Shown: positions 1-12,705, counted from the stretch's first letter. The stretch: 64,000 nucleotides of DNA from Pseudomonadales bacterium (GCA_036568505.1 DATCSK010000015.1:29688-93687); one strand, 5' to 3'. The notes: generated from the sequence alone by a model not told the origin. Program-made: numbers and translations.

Positions 1-537
<537 letters not shown>

Positions 538-551
538 TACGCGGTTAAGCG

Positions 552-582
552 ACAGCGGGGCATCATGCCCCGTTGTTTTTTT
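552..582 (+). terminator. Intrinsic terminator-like hairpin between guaB and guaA
   Basis: ACAGCGGGGCAT-C-ATGCCCCGTTGT stem followed by a T-run. Confidence 0.6.
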
Positions 583-629
583 GAAAGCTCCGGTAGGAGC
601 GCGGCGATACAGTCTTTAAAGAGAACACC

Positions 630-2207
630 ATGTCCCTGAATATTCACGCTCAACGCATATTGATTCTGGATTTTGGTTCGCAATACACGCAGCTCATTGC
701 GCGTCGTGTGCGCGAATTAGGCGTGTATTGCGAAATTCACCCGTTTGATATGCCGTTGGATGCACTTAAAGAATTTTCGCCGAAAGGCATTGTGCTTTCC
801 GGTGGCCCGGAAACAGTCACTGCCGAGAATACGCCGCGCGCACACGCCGAGATTTTTACGATGGGCTTGCCCGTGCTCGGCATTTGTTACGGCATGCAAA
901 CCATGGCCGAGCAATTGGGCGGCAAGGTCAGTGGTTCAGATCATCGCGAATTCGGTTACGCACGTGTTGGTGTGGTCGGTAAAAGCCGTTTGTTTCGTGA
1001 TATCAGTGATCACGTGGATCATGCCGGTGCTGCGCAGCTTGATGTGTGGATGAGTCATGGCGATAAGGTGACCACCTTGCCAACGGGTTTTCAGGTGATT
1101 GCCGAAACACCGAGTTGCCCGATTGCCGGCATGGCCGATGAATCACGCCATTTTTACGGCGTGCAGTTTCACCCCGAAGTCACGCACACGCATCAGGGTC
1201 AGCGCATGCTGGAGCATTTTGTTCGCGATATCTGCGCCTGCGAGGCGTTGTGGACGGCCAGCAATATTATTGATGATGCCATCGCGACCGTGCGTGCCCA
1301 GGTGGGTGATGACCCGGTGTTGCTGGGTTTGTCAGGTGGTGTTGACTCATCGGTAGTGGCGGCATTATTGCATCGGGCGATCGGCGATAAGCTGACGTGC
1401 GTGTTTGTCGATAACGGTTTGCTGCGTCTGCATGAAGGCGATCAAGTCATGGACATGTTTGCCCGCAACATGGGCATTCGTGTGATTCGCGTGGATGCCG
1501 AAGAGCGCTTTTTATCGTTGCTCAAAGGCGAGGCCGATCCGGAAAAGAAACGCAAAATCATTGGTGCCACGTTTATTGATGTGTTTGAAGAAGAAGCCAA
1601 GAAATGCCAGAACGCCAAATGGTTGGCGCAGGGCACTATTTATCCGGATGTGATTGAGTCGGCTGCCAGCAAGTTTGGTAAGGCGCACGTGATCAAGTCG
1701 CATCATAACGTGGGCGGTTTGCCTGAAAAAATGCACTTGAAGTTGGTTGAGCCCCTGCGTGAATTATTTAAGGATGAAGTGCGCAAGATCGGCGTTGAAT
1801 TGGGCCTGCCGTATGACATGGTTTATCGGCACCCATTCCCGGGCCCGGGCTTGGGCGTGCGCATTCTCGGCGAAGTGAAAAAAGAGTATGCCGATGTGTT
1901 GCGTCGCGCGGATGCCATTTTTATTGAAGAGCTGCACAAAGCCGATTACTACCAGAAGACCAGTCAGGCCTTTGCCGTGTTTACGCCCGTGAAGTCGGTT
2001 GGCGTGGTGGGCGATGGCCGCCGTTATGCCTGGGTGATCAGCCTGCGTGCGGTAGAAACCATTGATTTCATGACAGCGCGTTCGGCACGCCTGCCTTGGG
2101 AATTGCTGGAGACGGTATCGTCACGCATCATCAATGAAATTCCTGATGTATCACGCGTGACCTACGACGTATCAAGCAAGCCGCCGGCCACGATCGAGTG
2201 GGAATAA
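630..2207 (+). CDS. guaA: GMP synthase (glutamine-hydrolysing)
   Basis: [40 protein letters not shown]-terminal KPPATIEWE. Confidence 0.98.
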   Translation: MSLNIHAQRILILDFGSQYTQLIARRVRELGVYCEIHPFDMPLDALKEFSPKGIVLSGGPETVTAENTPRAHAEIFTMGLPVLGICYGMQTMAEQLGGKVSGSDHREFGYARVGVVGKSRLFRDISDHVDHAGAAQLDVWMSHGDKVTTLPTGFQVIAETPSCPIAGMADESRHFYGVQFHPEVTHTHQGQRMLEHFVRDICACEALWTASNIIDDAIATVRAQVGDDPVLLGLSGGVDSSVVAALLHRAIGDKLTCVFVDNGLLRLHEGDQVMDMFARNMGIRVIRVDAEERFLSLLKGEADPEKKRKIIGATFIDVFEEEAKKCQNAKWLAQGTIYPDVIESAASKFGKAHVIKSHHNVGGLPEKMHLKLVEPLRELFKDEVRKIGVELGLPYDMVYRHPFPGPGLGVRILGEVKKEYADVLRRADAIFIEELHKADYYQKTSQAFAVFTPVKSVGVVGDGRRYAWVISLRAVETIDFMTARSARLPWELLETVSSRIINEIPDVSRVTYDVSSKPPATIEWE

Positions 2208-2663
2208 TTGAACGCATGCGATGAGCATTGGATGCGTGAAGCGCTTCGCTGTGCGCATCAGGCGCGTGATGCCGGTGAAGTGCCGGTCGGTGCGGTGATT
2301 GTGCGCAATGACGAACTTATTGGCGAAGGTTATAACTGCCCCATTGGTCGTCATGATCCCACTGCGCATGCCGAGGTGATGGCCTTGCGTGATGCAGCGC
2401 ACCGCAGCAGTAATTATCGTTTGGCGGGCTCTACGCTCTACGTGACGATCGAGCCGTGTACATTATGTGTGGGGGCGCTGGTGCATGCCCGTGTGGCCAG
2501 ATTGGTGTATGGCGCGACCGAACCCAAAGCAGGCGTTGTGGCAAGCCAAGCCGCAATGCTCGACGCACCGTGGTTTAACCACAAGGTGGCCGTGCAAGGC
2601 GGTGTATTGGCTGATGAATGCCGTGCGCTTATGCAGGATTTCTTTCAGCAGCGTCGGCAGTAG
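2208..2663 (+). CDS. tadA: tRNA adenosine(34) deaminase
   Basis: GEVPVGAV, HDPTAHAE, EPCxxC zinc motif; TTG start abutting the guaA stop. Confidence 0.95.
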   Translation: MNACDEHWMREALRCAHQARDAGEVPVGAVIVRNDELIGEGYNCPIGRHDPTAHAEVMALRDAAHRSSNYRLAGSTLYVTIEPCTLCVGALVHARVARLVYGATEPKAGVVASQAAMLDAPWFNHKVAVQGGVLADECRALMQDFFQQRRQ

Positions 2664-4080
2664 TGTCTTGATGGATTAATGCTTCGGCCTCGAGTCGGAC
2701 TTTTTCTCGTTGCGATTCAAACCAGCTTAATAAATTGTAGTAATTCCTGATTTTATGCACGTAAGTCACGGGCTCACTGCCCCGTGCTTTGCCGTATTGC
2801 GTATACGGATACCAGTCACGGTCTTCCAGTAAGGGCAGGTGTTTTTTAACATCGTTCCATCGGTTCGGGTTGTAACCGCGAAACTCGGTGATAAAACGCG
2901 CATCTTGCAAATGCCCATAGCCGACGTTGTAAGCGGCCAGTGCAATCCAGGTGCGATCGGGTTCTTCAATGGTGTCGGGCAGTCGATCCAGCATTTTGCG
3001 GAAGTACTCGGCACCGCCGCGCAAGCTGGCCGTGGCATCCAACCGGTTTTTGATGCCGACTTCAGCGGCAGTATCCAGCGTGAGCATCATCATGCCGCGA
3101 ACCCCGGTCGGCGATTGCGCTTTGGGGTTCCAGTGTGATTCCTGATAGCTGATTGCCGCCAGTAACTTCCAGGGAAGGTTAAATTCGTGTGCAATCGCCT
3201 TGATGGTTGCTTCGTAGCGTGGCAATCGGGTGCGTGCGAGCTTATAAAAAGTCAGGGCGCCGGCCTGGCTGGTGTCGTGCGTGTGGCCGTAGTAGCGCTC
3301 GGTCAGGCGTTCCAGGGTGCCGTCTTTTTTGATGCGTTTAAAGAACTGCTCAATGGCCTGTGTGAAGGCTTTGTCGGCATTGGCAGGGTAGGCCCAGGCG
3401 AGGTATTGCGGCTGGGTGAATTCGAAGGCGGTTTTGATGTCGGGGTAAAAGCCTTTGTGGACTTGGTATTCATTGGAGTTGATCACGGCGTAATCGACTT
3501 GTTGGGATTGCACCTGTTCAAACAGGCCTTGTGTGTCGATGTCCTCTTCAGACACCCACTGCAAATCGGGGTGATTTCTGCGCAGTGCCATGAGCCAGTC
3601 TTCACGGCCGCTGTTGGCGACGACGAGCACCTTTTTGCCAATCAGGTCTTCGGTGCGGCGTGGCTTGGTGGTGCCGGCTTTGTAAATCACTTGATGGCGA
3701 ATGGCCATGTAGCCGGGGGAATAGGTGTACAGCGCGCGTTTTTGCGGGGTGACCGATAAGCCGGCCGCAGCGATATCGACCTCACCGTTATTGAGCAAGG
3801 TAAAAACCTGACTGATATTGGCGGCCGGTTCAATGGTCAGTTTGACGCCAATGTCGCGGGCGAATTCGCTAGCCAGCTCGTATTCAATGCCGGCTACCTG
3901 TTCTCGCTCGGTGTAGTACGTTGTGGGGTTGACCCGCGTGGCAATAATGAGCTCCCCACGGCTGCGAATGTTGGCGAGCAAGTCCCGTCCCGGCGGCGGG
4001 GGTTCGCAGGCGCTGAGCAAGCAGGCGAGCCCGATGAGGACGATAGGGCGGCCGAGCCAACAGTGGCGGGTCATGGGCAT
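2629..4080 (-). CDS. mltF: Membrane-bound lytic murein transglycosylase F
   Basis: Lipobox LSAC, N-terminal SBP domain, SLT motifs YQESHWNP, GMMMLT, AAYNVG; conserved tadA-mltF-purL context. Confidence 0.95.
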   Translation of the reverse strand: MPMTRHCWLGRPIVLIGLACLLSACEPPPPGRDLLANIRSRGELIIATRVNPTTYYTEREQVAGIEYELASEFARDIGVKLTIEPAANISQVFTLLNNGEVDIAAAGLSVTPQKRALYTYSPGYMAIRHQVIYKAGTTKPRRTEDLIGKKVLVVANSGREDWLMALRRNHPDLQWVSEEDIDTQGLFEQVQSQQVDYAVINSNEYQVHKGFYPDIKTAFEFTQPQYLAWAYPANADKAFTQAIEQFFKRIKKDGTLERLTERYYGHTHDTSQAGALTFYKLARTRLPRYEATIKAIAHEFNLPWKLLAAISYQESHWNPKAQSPTGVRGMMMLTLDTAAEVGIKNRLDATASLRGGAEYFRKMLDRLPDTIEEPDRTWIALAAYNVGYGHLQDARFITEFRGYNPNRWNDVKKHLPLLEDRDWYPYTQYGKARGSEPVTYVHKIRNYYNLLSWFESQREKVRLEAEALIHQDTTADAAERNPA

Positions 4081-4216
4081 TCGTGGGGTATTTCCCTGAG
4101 CAATGCTGCCATTCTAGACACTCCTGTCGCACGGCTCCAGCTAATGCAAAGACGCGGCTAAACCAGTACAATGCCGGCTTTCCGCACGACTGACATTCCG
4201 GAGGCCCTGCCGCTTC

Positions 4217-7200
4217 ATGCTGGTACTTCCAGGCGCTAGCTGCCTTTCTGGATTCCGCGCACAGACGATTCTCCGTTCTCTGGCCGATGCTGGAGTGCCC
4301 GTCGAGAGCGTGTCTGCCCGTTATATCCATTTTGTTGATGTGCTGAGCCCGCTGTCGGCGCAAGCGCAGACCCATCTCGAACAATTGCTTGATTATGGTG
4401 ATGCCGCGCCGACCGATGCATCGGGGCAGCTCTTTTTAGTGGTGCCGCGTCCCGGTACCGTGTCGCCCTGGTCAAGCAAAGCGACGGATATTTTGCACAA
4501 CTGCGGCTTGCAGGCGGTGCGACGTATTGAGCGTGGTATCGCCTGGTCGGTGCAGGCCGGTACTTTGACGGCAGCGCAGTCGCAGGCGATTGCCGGTCAG
4601 CTGCACGACCGTATGGTCGAAACCGTGTTGTCGTCCATCGATCAGGCCGACTGCCTGTTCCGTCAGCATCAGCCGCAGCCCTTGTCCTCCGTGGATATTT
4701 TGAGTGGCGGTCGTGCCGCGTTGGTGACTGCTAACCGTGAGCTTGGCTTGGCCTTGGCCAATGACGAAATCGATTACCTGCTGGAAAGCTTTACAGGCCT
4801 GAATCGCAACCCCAGCGATGTCGAGTTGATGATGTTCGCGCAGGCCAATTCGGAGCATTGCCGACACAAGATATTCAATGCCGATTGGACCATTGATGGC
4901 CAAGCGCAAAAGCACTCCCTGTTCGGCATGATTCGCAATACGCACCGTTGCTCACCGGAGGGTGTGTTAAGTGCGTATTCCGATAATGCCGCAGTTATTG
5001 CCGGCTCCGAGGGGGGGCGATTCTTCCCCGATCCCGATACGCGAACCTACAGCTTCCACCCAGAACCCGTGCATATTCTGATGAAAGTGGAAACGCACAA
5101 TCATCCGACAGCGATTGCGCCATACCCCGGCGCCTCTACCGGTGCCGGTGGTGAAATCCGTGACGAAGGTGCAACCGGTGCCGGCGCGCGTCCGAAAGCC
5201 GGGTTGACCGGTTTCAGTGTCTCCAATTTACGCCTGCCCGGTTTTGAACAGCCGTGGGAAGTGCCTTACGGCAAGCCCGATCGTATTGTTTCGGCGCTCG
5301 ATATCATGATCCACGGTCCCTTGGGTGGCGCTGCGTTCAATAACGAATTTGGACGACCGAATATCAGTGGTTACTTTCGCACCTACGAGCAAGCCGTGAG
5401 TACGGTCAATGGTGTCGAGGTGCGCGGTTATCACAAGCCGATCATGATTGCCGGAGGATTGGGCAATATTCGTGAGCAGCACGTCAAGAAGCACGAGATC
5501 GCTGTCGGCGCCAAGCTGATTGTGTTGGGCGGGCCGGCGATGCTGATTGGTTTGGGCGGTGGTGCGGCCTCTTCGATGGCATCGGGCAGCAGTCAGGAAG
5601 ATCTGGATTTCGCCTCGGTGCAGCGCGATAACCCGGAGATTGAACACCGCTGCCAGGAAGTGATCGATCGGTGTTGGCAGCTTGGCGATCGTAACCCGAT
5701 TGCATTCATTCACGATGTGGGTGCCGGTGGGCTGTCCAATGCCTTGCCCGAATTGGTGAAAGACGGCGGTCGCGGCGGTCGCTTTGCCTTGCGCGATGTG
5801 ATCAATGCCGAGCCCGGTATGTCGCCCATGGAAATCTGGTGCAACGAGGCGCAGGAGCGTTATGTGTTGGCCGTGCCAGCGGACCGTTTGAGTGAATTCG
5901 ATGCGATTTGCCGGCGCGAGCGATGCCCGTATGCGGTGGTTGGCGAAGCCACCGAAGCCAAGCATTTGCAAGTGAGTGACAGCCATTTTGGTAATCATCC
6001 GGTGGATTTACCGATGAGCGTGTTGTTTGGCAAGCCGCCCAAAATGCACCGTGCAGTGCAGCGTCAGTCGCTTGCCTTGCCGGCATTGCAGTTCGACAAA
6101 CTGGATTTAAATGACGTGGCACAACGGGTGCTGGCATTGCCCGCCGTCGCCAGTAAACAGTTTTTGATCACCATCGGCGATCGCTCGGTGACCGGGTTGG
6201 TTTGCCGCGATCAGATGGTTGGCCCTTGGCAAGTGCCGGTTGCCGATGCCGCCGTGACCGCGACCGCGTTTGATGTGTTCAGTGGTGAGGCCATGGCGAT
6301 GGGCGAGCGCACGCCGTTGGCGTTGATCAATGCGCCGGCATCCGGACGCATGGCAGTGGGCGAGGCGATTACCAATCTGGCCGGTTGCCGTATTGGTGCG
6401 TTGAGCGACATTCGTCTCTCGGCAAACTGGATGGCGGCTGCGGGTCATCCCGGTGAAGATGAAAAATTATTCGATACCGTGCACGCGGTTGGCATGGAGT
6501 TATGCCCTGCATTGGGTATTGCGATTCCGGTGGGCAAAGACTCGCTGTCCATGCGTACCGGCTGGCAGCAAGCGGGCGAAGCCAAGCAAGTGACATCGCC
6601 GCTGTCATTGATTATTTCAGCGTTTGCTCCCGTGCTCGATATCCGCTTGAGCATTACACCGGAGCTGAAAAATACGCCGTCAACCTTGGTATTGGTTGAT
6701 CTGGGCATGGGCAAGCAGCGTTTGGGCGGTTCTGCCTTGGCACAAGTGCACGGTCAGCTCGGTAACGAATGCCCGAATGTGGATTCGCCCGAGGTATTGA
6801 AGCGGTTTTTCCCGGTCATGCAGCAGTTGTTGGCCGATCAAGAGGTGTTGGCCTGTCATGATCGTTCTGACGGCGGTTTGTTCACCACAATCGTTGAAAT
6901 GTGTTTTGCCGGTCGTTGCGGGGCGCAGATCAAGCTGGATGCACTCGGTGGTGACGCGGTGTCTGCGCTCTTCAATGAAGAATTGGGCGTGGTGTTGCAA
7001 GTGGCCGACAGCAAGCTTGCGTCGGTGCTTGAGCAGTTCGCCGCTGTCGATGTGCCCGCGTATGCCTTGGGTGTACCGCATGGCGATGAAAGCATCCGGT
7101 TTATGCATCACGGTGCAGTTATCTTGAAAGGTTCACGCGCGGCATGGCAGCAGCGTTGGGCCGAAACCAGTTTCCGCGTGCAATCGCTGCGCGATAATCC

Positions 7201-8089
7201 GGTTTGTGCGCAATCCGAGTTCGATGCGATCGTCGATGAAGCCCGTCCCGGCTTGCATGCACAGTTGTCGTTTGATCCCGACGACGATATTGCCGCGCCA
7301 TGGATTAACGTCGGTGCCAAGCCGCGTTTGGCGGTATTGCGTGAACAGGGCGTGAACGGACAATACGAAATGGCCGCAGCGTTCCATCGCGCCGGGTTTG
7401 AGGCAGTGGATGTGCACATGCAGGATATTCTTGACGGCAGCGAGGACTTATCCAGCTTCCGCGGGTTGGCAGCATGCGGCGGATTTTCGTACGGCGATGT
7501 GTTGGGTGCCGGCGGCGGCTGGGCAAAAACCATTTTGTTTAACGCACAAGCGCGTGATGCCTTTGAGCGCTACTTTAATCGCAATGACACCTTTGCATTG
7601 GGTGTTTGTAATGGCTGCCAAATGCTGTCGCATCTGCACCCCTTGATTCCGGGGGCTGCACACTGGCCGGCATTCCATCGCAATGCGTCCGAGCGGTTCG
7701 AGGCGCGTCTGGTCATGGTGGAAGTGACCGAGTCACCCTCCGTGTTATTGCAAGGCATGGCAGGCAGTCGCATGCCGGTGGTGATTTCTCACGGCGAAGG
7801 GCGTGCCGGGTTCCGGCAGCAAGATCAGGCGTTACTGCAGTCGGCAGGTCAGGTCGCCTTGCGTTATGTGGATCATCAGGGCCTGCCGACAGAGCGCTAT
7901 CCGTTTAACCCCAACGGTTCGCCGGCCGGTATTACCGGCGTGACCAGCCGTGATGGGCGTGTGACACTGATGATGCCGCATCCTGAGCGTGTGTTTCGCA
8001 CATGCCAGTTTTCTTGGGCGCCGGAGGGCTGGGGGGCTGATGCCCCGTGGTTGCGTCTATTCCGTAATGCCCGTGCCTGGCTTGAATAA
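4217..8089 (+). CDS. purL: Phosphoribosylformylglycinamidine synthase (large type)
   Basis: 1290 aa; [42 protein letters not shown]. Confidence 0.98.
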   Translation: MLVLPGASCLSGFRAQTILRSLADAGVPVESVSARYIHFVDVLSPLSAQAQTHLEQLLDYGDAAPTDASGQLFLVVPRPGTVSPWSSKATDILHNCGLQAVRRIERGIAWSVQAGTLTAAQSQAIAGQLHDRMVETVLSSIDQADCLFRQHQPQPLSSVDILSGGRAALVTANRELGLALANDEIDYLLESFTGLNRNPSDVELMMFAQANSEHCRHKIFNADWTIDGQAQKHSLFGMIRNTHRCSPEGVLSAYSDNAAVIAGSEGGRFFPDPDTRTYSFHPEPVHILMKVETHNHPTAIAPYPGASTGAGGEIRDEGATGAGARPKAGLTGFSVSNLRLPGFEQPWEVPYGKPDRIVSALDIMIHGPLGGAAFNNEFGRPNISGYFRTYEQAVSTVNGVEVRGYHKPIMIAGGLGNIREQHVKKHEIAVGAKLIVLGGPAMLIGLGGGAASSMASGSSQEDLDFASVQRDNPEIEHRCQEVIDRCWQLGDRNPIAFIHDVGAGGLSNALPELVKDGGRGGRFALRDVINAEPGMSPMEIWCNEAQERYVLAVPADRLSEFDAICRRERCPYAVVGEATEAKHLQVSDSHFGNHPVDLPMSVLFGKPPKMHRAVQRQSLALPALQFDKLDLNDVAQRVLALPAVASKQFLITIGDRSVTGLVCRDQMVGPWQVPVADAAVTATAFDVFSGEAMAMGERTPLALINAPASGRMAVGEAITNLAGCRIGALSDIRLSANWMAAAGHPGEDEKLFDTVHAVGMELCPALGIAIPVGKDSLSMRTGWQQAGEAKQVTSPLSLIISAFAPVLDIRLSITPELKNTPSTLVLVDLGMGKQRLGGSALAQVHGQLGNECPNVDSPEVLKRFFPVMQQLLADQEVLACHDRSDGGLFTTIVEMCFAGRCGAQIKLDALGGDAVSALFNEELGVVLQVADSKLASVLEQFAAVDVPAYALGVPHGDESIRFMHHGAVILKGSRAAWQQRWAETSFRVQSLRDNPVCAQSEFDAIVDEARPGLHAQLSFDPDDDIAAPWINVGAKPRLAVLREQGVNGQYEMAAAFHRAGFEAVDVHMQDILDGSEDLSSFRGLAACGGFSYGDVLGAGGGWAKTILFNAQARDAFERYFNRNDTFALGVCNGCQMLSHLHPLIPGAAHWPAFHRNASERFEARLVMVEVTESPSVLLQGMAGSRMPVVISHGEGRAGFRQQDQALLQSAGQVALRYVDHQGLPTERYPFNPNGSPAGITGVTSRDGRVTLMMPHPERVFRTCQFSWAPEGWGADAPWLRLFRNARAWLE

Positions 8090-8139
8090 ATAGATCACTA
8101 TAATGGCCACTGCCTGAACCTAGAGGTTTTTGGAATTTT

Positions 8140-10005
8140 ATGAATCGATACCCGTTGTGGAAAAACCTGTTGATTCTGATGACCCTCGTCATCGGATTTA
8201 TTTACGCGTTGCCGAATGTGTATGCGCCGGATCCTGCCATTCAGATTTCGACGCAAAGCAGTGCGCAAAGCATGGACGAGGCCGCATTGCAGCGTGCGCT
8301 GGGCAGCTTGAGTGAAGACGCCATTGTTGTGACCGGTACTGAGCTGAAGGATCGCGCGGTGTTGATTCGCCTGCAGTCGCGCGATGATCAGCTAAAAGCA
8401 CAGGCGGCCATTAAGCGTGTGATGGGCGATGATTACGTGGTTGCATTGAACATGGCACCGACCACCCCGGAGTGGTTGCGGTCCCTGGGTGCAGGCCCGA
8501 TGAAGCTCGGCTTGGATTTGAGCGGCGGCGTTCATTTCTTGATGGAAGTGGACACCGATGTTGCCGTGAACAAGCGACTCGATGGCTACATGACCGATAT
8601 CAAAACCCGTTTACGCGAAGACCGTATCCGCGGCATCGTGACGCTTGACGGGCAGCGTATTCAGGTGCGTTTCCAAGATGATGCCTTGTATCAATCAGGC
8701 AGTGCGTTGCTGTCCGATCAATTTCAAAATCTGCAGCGCAGTCGTGAAGAGGGTGATAACGGTGAAGTCACTCTGGTGCTGTCGCTCAGCCCATCAGAAA
8801 TCACCGAAATTGAAAATCATGCAGTGAGCCAGAACTTGACGACATTGCGCAATCGCGTCAATGAGTTGGGTGTTGCCGAGCCCTTGGTGCAGCAGCAGGG
8901 CCGTAATCGCATTGTGGTGGAATTGCCCGGTGTACAGGACACGGCAGAAGCCAAGCGTATTTTGGGCAAAACGGCAAATCTGGAGTTTCGACTGGAGGCC
9001 AAGCCCGACGCGCCGGCATGGGAGCGTGAATCGTTTGCGTTCCGTGATGCATTGCAACAAGGGCGCATGGCGGATTTGGAACGCAAAGTCATTATTAATG
9101 GCGAGCAAGTATCGACGGCATCAGCATCGTTTGATGAAAACGGTTCTCCACAGGTCAATATCAGTTTGGATGGCCAGGGCGGCAAGCAAATGCATCGCGC
9201 AACCCGCGGCAATATCGGGCGCAATCTGGGTGTGTTGTTTATTGAGCGCAAAACCCGCACACGCTATGTCACGAATGCACAGGGTGAAGAAACGGTGATT
9301 CGTGATAAGTACGACGAGAAAAAGATTATCAGTCTCGCCACGATTCGCGACGCATTGGGTGTGAGTTTCCGCATTACGGGTTTGGACAGTCCGGCAGAAT
9401 CCTCGGAATTGGCGCTGTTGTTACGAGCGGGCGCTTTGGCTGCCCCCATGGATTTTATCGAAGAGCGCACCGTTGGGCCGTCATTGGGCAAAGAGAATAT
9501 TGATTTGGGCATTCGCTCCATTCAGATCGGCATGTTGCTGGTTGTGCTGTATATGGTGGCGGTGTACCGCATTTTCGGCGTGCTCTCGAATATTTCCTTG
9601 CTGGCCAACCTGATTTTGCTGTCGGCGGTGATGTCGATACTGTCAGCCACCTTAACCTTGCCGGGTATTGCCGGTATTGTGTTAACGCTGGGTATGGCGG
9701 TGGATGCCAACATTCTTATCTTTAGCCGTATTAAGGAAGAATTGAAAAACGGGTTGCCGCCGCAGTCAGCAATCAATGCCGGCTTTGATCGAGCATTTTT
9801 GACAATTTTGGATGCGAACTTAACAACGCTGATCATTGCGTTAATTTTGTACGTGGTGGGTACGGGGCCGATTCGAGGGTTTGCGGTCACGTTGTCGGTC
9901 GGTATTTTGACCTCCATGTTCACGGCCATCATGGTGACGCGTGCACAAGCCAATTTGATTTACGGCTGGCGTAAGCTGGACCGACTCACCGCATTGGATA
10001 TTTGA
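8140..10005 (+). CDS. secD: Protein translocase subunit SecD
   Basis: MKLGLDLSGG, RNRVNELGVAEP, GMAVDANILI. Confidence 0.97.
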   Translation: MNRYPLWKNLLILMTLVIGFIYALPNVYAPDPAIQISTQSSAQSMDEAALQRALGSLSEDAIVVTGTELKDRAVLIRLQSRDDQLKAQAAIKRVMGDDYVVALNMAPTTPEWLRSLGAGPMKLGLDLSGGVHFLMEVDTDVAVNKRLDGYMTDIKTRLREDRIRGIVTLDGQRIQVRFQDDALYQSGSALLSDQFQNLQRSREEGDNGEVTLVLSLSPSEITEIENHAVSQNLTTLRNRVNELGVAEPLVQQQGRNRIVVELPGVQDTAEAKRILGKTANLEFRLEAKPDAPAWERESFAFRDALQQGRMADLERKVIINGEQVSTASASFDENGSPQVNISLDGQGGKQMHRATRGNIGRNLGVLFIERKTRTRYVTNAQGEETVIRDKYDEKKIISLATIRDALGVSFRITGLDSPAESSELALLLRAGALAAPMDFIEERTVGPSLGKENIDLGIRSIQIGMLLVVLYMVAVYRIFGVLSNISLLANLILLSAVMSILSATLTLPGIAGIVLTLGMAVDANILIFSRIKEELKNGLPPQSAINAGFDRAFLTILDANLTTLIIALILYVVGTGPIRGFAVTLSVGILTSMFTAIMVTRAQANLIYGWRKLDRLTALDI

Positions 10006-10014
10006 GGAAGCATC

Positions 10015-10941
10015 ATGAAGACCATTCTTCAGGAACACGTTATTGATTTTATGAAGTGGCGCAAGATAACCAGCGTGCTCTCCGTTACGGCGGTGTTGGT
10101 GTCATTGGTGTTTCTTGGTTGGCAGCAAGTCAATTTCGCCTTGGATTTTACGGGAGGTACCGAAGTGCGCCTGCACTTTCCTGTGCCAACAGAGCCTGCC
10201 ATGGTGCGTCAGGTGGTTGCGGATATGGGTTTGAACGGTGTCGTCAAACAATACGGCTCCGAGCAGGACATATTGATTCAACTGCCCCCGGGCCTTGATG
10301 ACGCGACAGTGCAGGCATTGATTGGCCAGCTGGGTAGCGGCAGTCAGGCACCGGAGGTGGGCAGTATTGATCAGGTGGGTCCGCAGGTGGGCGATGAGCT
10401 GCGCGAACAAGGTGGCATGGCATTGCTGGCAGCGCTTCTGCTGGTGATGGCATACGTCGCGTTCCGGTTCCAGTTTAAATTTGCCGTCGGTGCCGTGGTG
10501 GCCTTGGTACACGATGTGCTGATTACCTTGGGACTGTATTCGATCTTTGGTTGGGAATTTGACCTGACGGTACTGGCGGCCTTGTTGGCGCTGATCGGTT
10601 ATTCGATTAACGACACCATTGTGGTCTTTGACCGCATTCGTGAAAATTTTCGCAGATACCGCAAGATGACCGCGCTGGAAATTTGCAACGTGTCGCTGAC
10701 CCAGACCTTGGGTCGTACCATCGGCACCTCGTTGACGGTGGTGTTGGTGCTGCTGGCGATGTTTTTTGTGGGTGGCCCGAGCGTGCATGAATTCGCGCGC
10801 GCATTGCTGATAGGTATCTTTGTCGGTACCTACTCATCCATTTATGTGGCGGCCAGTGTGTTGGTCTGGATGAAAGCCAGCTCCCAGGATCTGGTGGTCC
10901 AGGAGCAAAATCGTAAAGATCTTGAAGAAGGCGTGGTGTAG
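10015..10941 (+). CDS. secF: Protein translocase subunit SecF
   Basis: LDFTGG, VGPQVG, GYSINDTIVVFDRIRE. Confidence 0.97.
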   Translation: MKTILQEHVIDFMKWRKITSVLSVTAVLVSLVFLGWQQVNFALDFTGGTEVRLHFPVPTEPAMVRQVVADMGLNGVVKQYGSEQDILIQLPPGLDDATVQALIGQLGSGSQAPEVGSIDQVGPQVGDELREQGGMALLAALLLVMAYVAFRFQFKFAVGAVVALVHDVLITLGLYSIFGWEFDLTVLAALLALIGYSINDTIVVFDRIRENFRRYRKMTALEICNVSLTQTLGRTIGTSLTVVLVLLAMFFVGGPSVHEFARALLIGIFVGTYSSIYVAASVLVWMKASSQDLVVQEQNRKDLEEGVV

Positions 10942-10953
10942 TCGCAGCCGAGC

Positions 10954-11766
10954 TTAGGCTTTTTGCAGGTGACCCAGCGTTGGCTGGATTGCCTGCAGCA
11001 TCGGCTTGAAGCATTTCGGCGTGGCGCATACCACGTTGCCGCTCTGCAGGTGCCCGGAGCCTCCGCAGACGTCGCCAATCAGTCCGCCGGCTTCTTGTAC
11101 GAGCAGCGCGCCTGCGGCAATGTCCCATTCGCTCAAGCCGATTTCCCAGAAGCCATCCAGGCGGCCAGCCGCCACATAAGCCAGGTCCAGTGCTGCCGCG
11201 CCGGCGCGACGAATGCCGGCCGTTTGCAAGGCCAGTTTGTCCAGGCTCTGCAGATAGGCAGGCATCTGATCTTGGGAGCGTGATTTAAAGGGAATGCCGG
11301 TGCCCAGCAATGCGCCATCCAGCGATTTACGGCCGGACACGCGAATGCGCTTGCCATTGAGTTGTGCGCCGCGACCGCGACTGGCGAGAAACTCCTCGCG
11401 ACGAATGGGGTCAATCACCAAGCCGTGCTCCAGCCGGCCTTTGTGGTAGCAGGCGACTGAGATCGCGTAGTGAGGAATGCCACGCAAAAAATTGGTGGTG
11501 CCATCCAGAGGGTCAATGACCCACAGGTAATCGTTATCGCGATCATCAAGGGTCGGTGCGCTTTCTTCAGCGAGAAAGGCGTGGGTCGGGTATTTTTCTT
11601 TCAGGGTTTCGATGATGATGCGTTCGGCTTCGCGATCGACTTCCGAAACATAATCGTTAACGGACTTGGACTCCACATTCAGGCGATCGAGGCGTTCGCC
11701 GGCACGTACGATATAGTCAGCGGCTTCGCGGGCGGCACGCAGGGCAATAGTCAGCATGGGTTCCAT
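10954..11766 (-). CDS. suhB: Inositol monophosphatase / Nus factor SuhB
   Basis: WVIDPLDGTTNF, GAAALDLAYVAAGRLDGFWE, WDIAAG. Confidence 0.95.
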   Translation of the reverse strand: MEPMLTIALRAAREAADYIVRAGERLDRLNVESKSVNDYVSEVDREAERIIIETLKEKYPTHAFLAEESAPTLDDRDNDYLWVIDPLDGTTNFLRGIPHYAISVACYHKGRLEHGLVIDPIRREEFLASRGRGAQLNGKRIRVSGRKSLDGALLGTGIPFKSRSQDQMPAYLQSLDKLALQTAGIRRAGAAALDLAYVAAGRLDGFWEIGLSEWDIAAGALLVQEAGGLIGDVCGGSGHLQSGNVVCATPKCFKPMLQAIQPTLGHLQKA

Positions 11767-11877
11767 GTGGGTGTCCGTCAGGTCTGGTAAAGAACAAAGG
11801 CCGGCGATTATAACAGATGGCTGCGTGATGCCATCATGGCGTTGCTACAATGCGCGCTGAGGACAGAGGGGTAGAGC

Positions 11878-12627
11878 ATGCAGGCGTTGGAAAAAATTCG
11901 CATTGTGCTGGTGAACACCGTGCATTCCGGCAATATCGGTGGTGTGGCGCGTGCCATGAAAAATATGGGCCTGCGTGATTTGTGGCTGGTATCGCCGCAA
12001 CGCTTTCCGGATCCGGAAGCCAGTTGGCGAGCGGTCGCGGCGGCCGATGTGCTCGATAACGCACGCGTTGTGTCCACGGTGGATGAGGCCATTGCCGATT
12101 GCGCACTGGTGATCGGTACCAGTGCGCGTGAACGAAAGATCCCTTGGCCGATTGTCGAACCTCGTGAATGTGCCGGTGCTGCATTGGATGTGACGGCGCA
12201 TCAGCAGCCGGTGGCTATTTTGTTCGGGCGTGAGGATTACGGCCTGAATAATGAAGAGCTGCAGCGTTGTAATGTGCACGTGACGATTCCGACCGATGAG
12301 GCCTACAGCTCTTTGAACTTGGCGATGGCCGTGCAAATTATCAGCTACGAGTTGCGCATGGCGGCCTTGGCACGGGAGGGTATTGAGCACCCGATGCGCT
12401 GGGACCAGCCTTTGGCCACATCGGATGACCTTGAGCGCCTGTATGCACATTTCGAGGCAACGGCGATTGCTGTCGGGTTTCTGGATCCTGAGCGCCCACG
12501 GCAGCTGATGCCACGGATGCGGCGTTTGTTTTCACGCTCCCATATGGATGTGATGGAGCTAAACGTCTTGCGCGGTATGTTGGCGGCCATGGATCACGCG
12601 CTCAGTCAGCAGGGGGATGGGGGATGA
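11878..12627 (+). CDS. trmJ: tRNA (cytidine/uridine-2'-O)-methyltransferase
   Basis: GNIGGVARAMKNMG, FGREDYGL, SLNLAMAV SPOUT motifs; divergent from suhB. Confidence 0.93.
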   Translation: MQALEKIRIVLVNTVHSGNIGGVARAMKNMGLRDLWLVSPQRFPDPEASWRAVAAADVLDNARVVSTVDEAIADCALVIGTSARERKIPWPIVEPRECAGAALDVTAHQQPVAILFGREDYGLNNEELQRCNVHVTIPTDEAYSSLNLAMAVQIISYELRMAALAREGIEHPMRWDQPLATSDDLERLYAHFEATAIAVGFLDPERPRQLMPRMRRLFSRSHMDVMELNVLRGMLAAMDHALSQQGDGG

Positions 12628-12705
12628 GCGTGGAGCTTCTGTTGTTTACCCATTAGAAAGTTATGGTAATATGCGCGCCCACCGGCAGTACCCCCCCCAT
12701 CCGTA

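Noticed and set aside
592-610. GTAGGAGCGCGGC resembling the start of a GTAG-type REP element
   Set aside because: Only one copy noticed, no full REP palindrome and no RAYT transposase in the window
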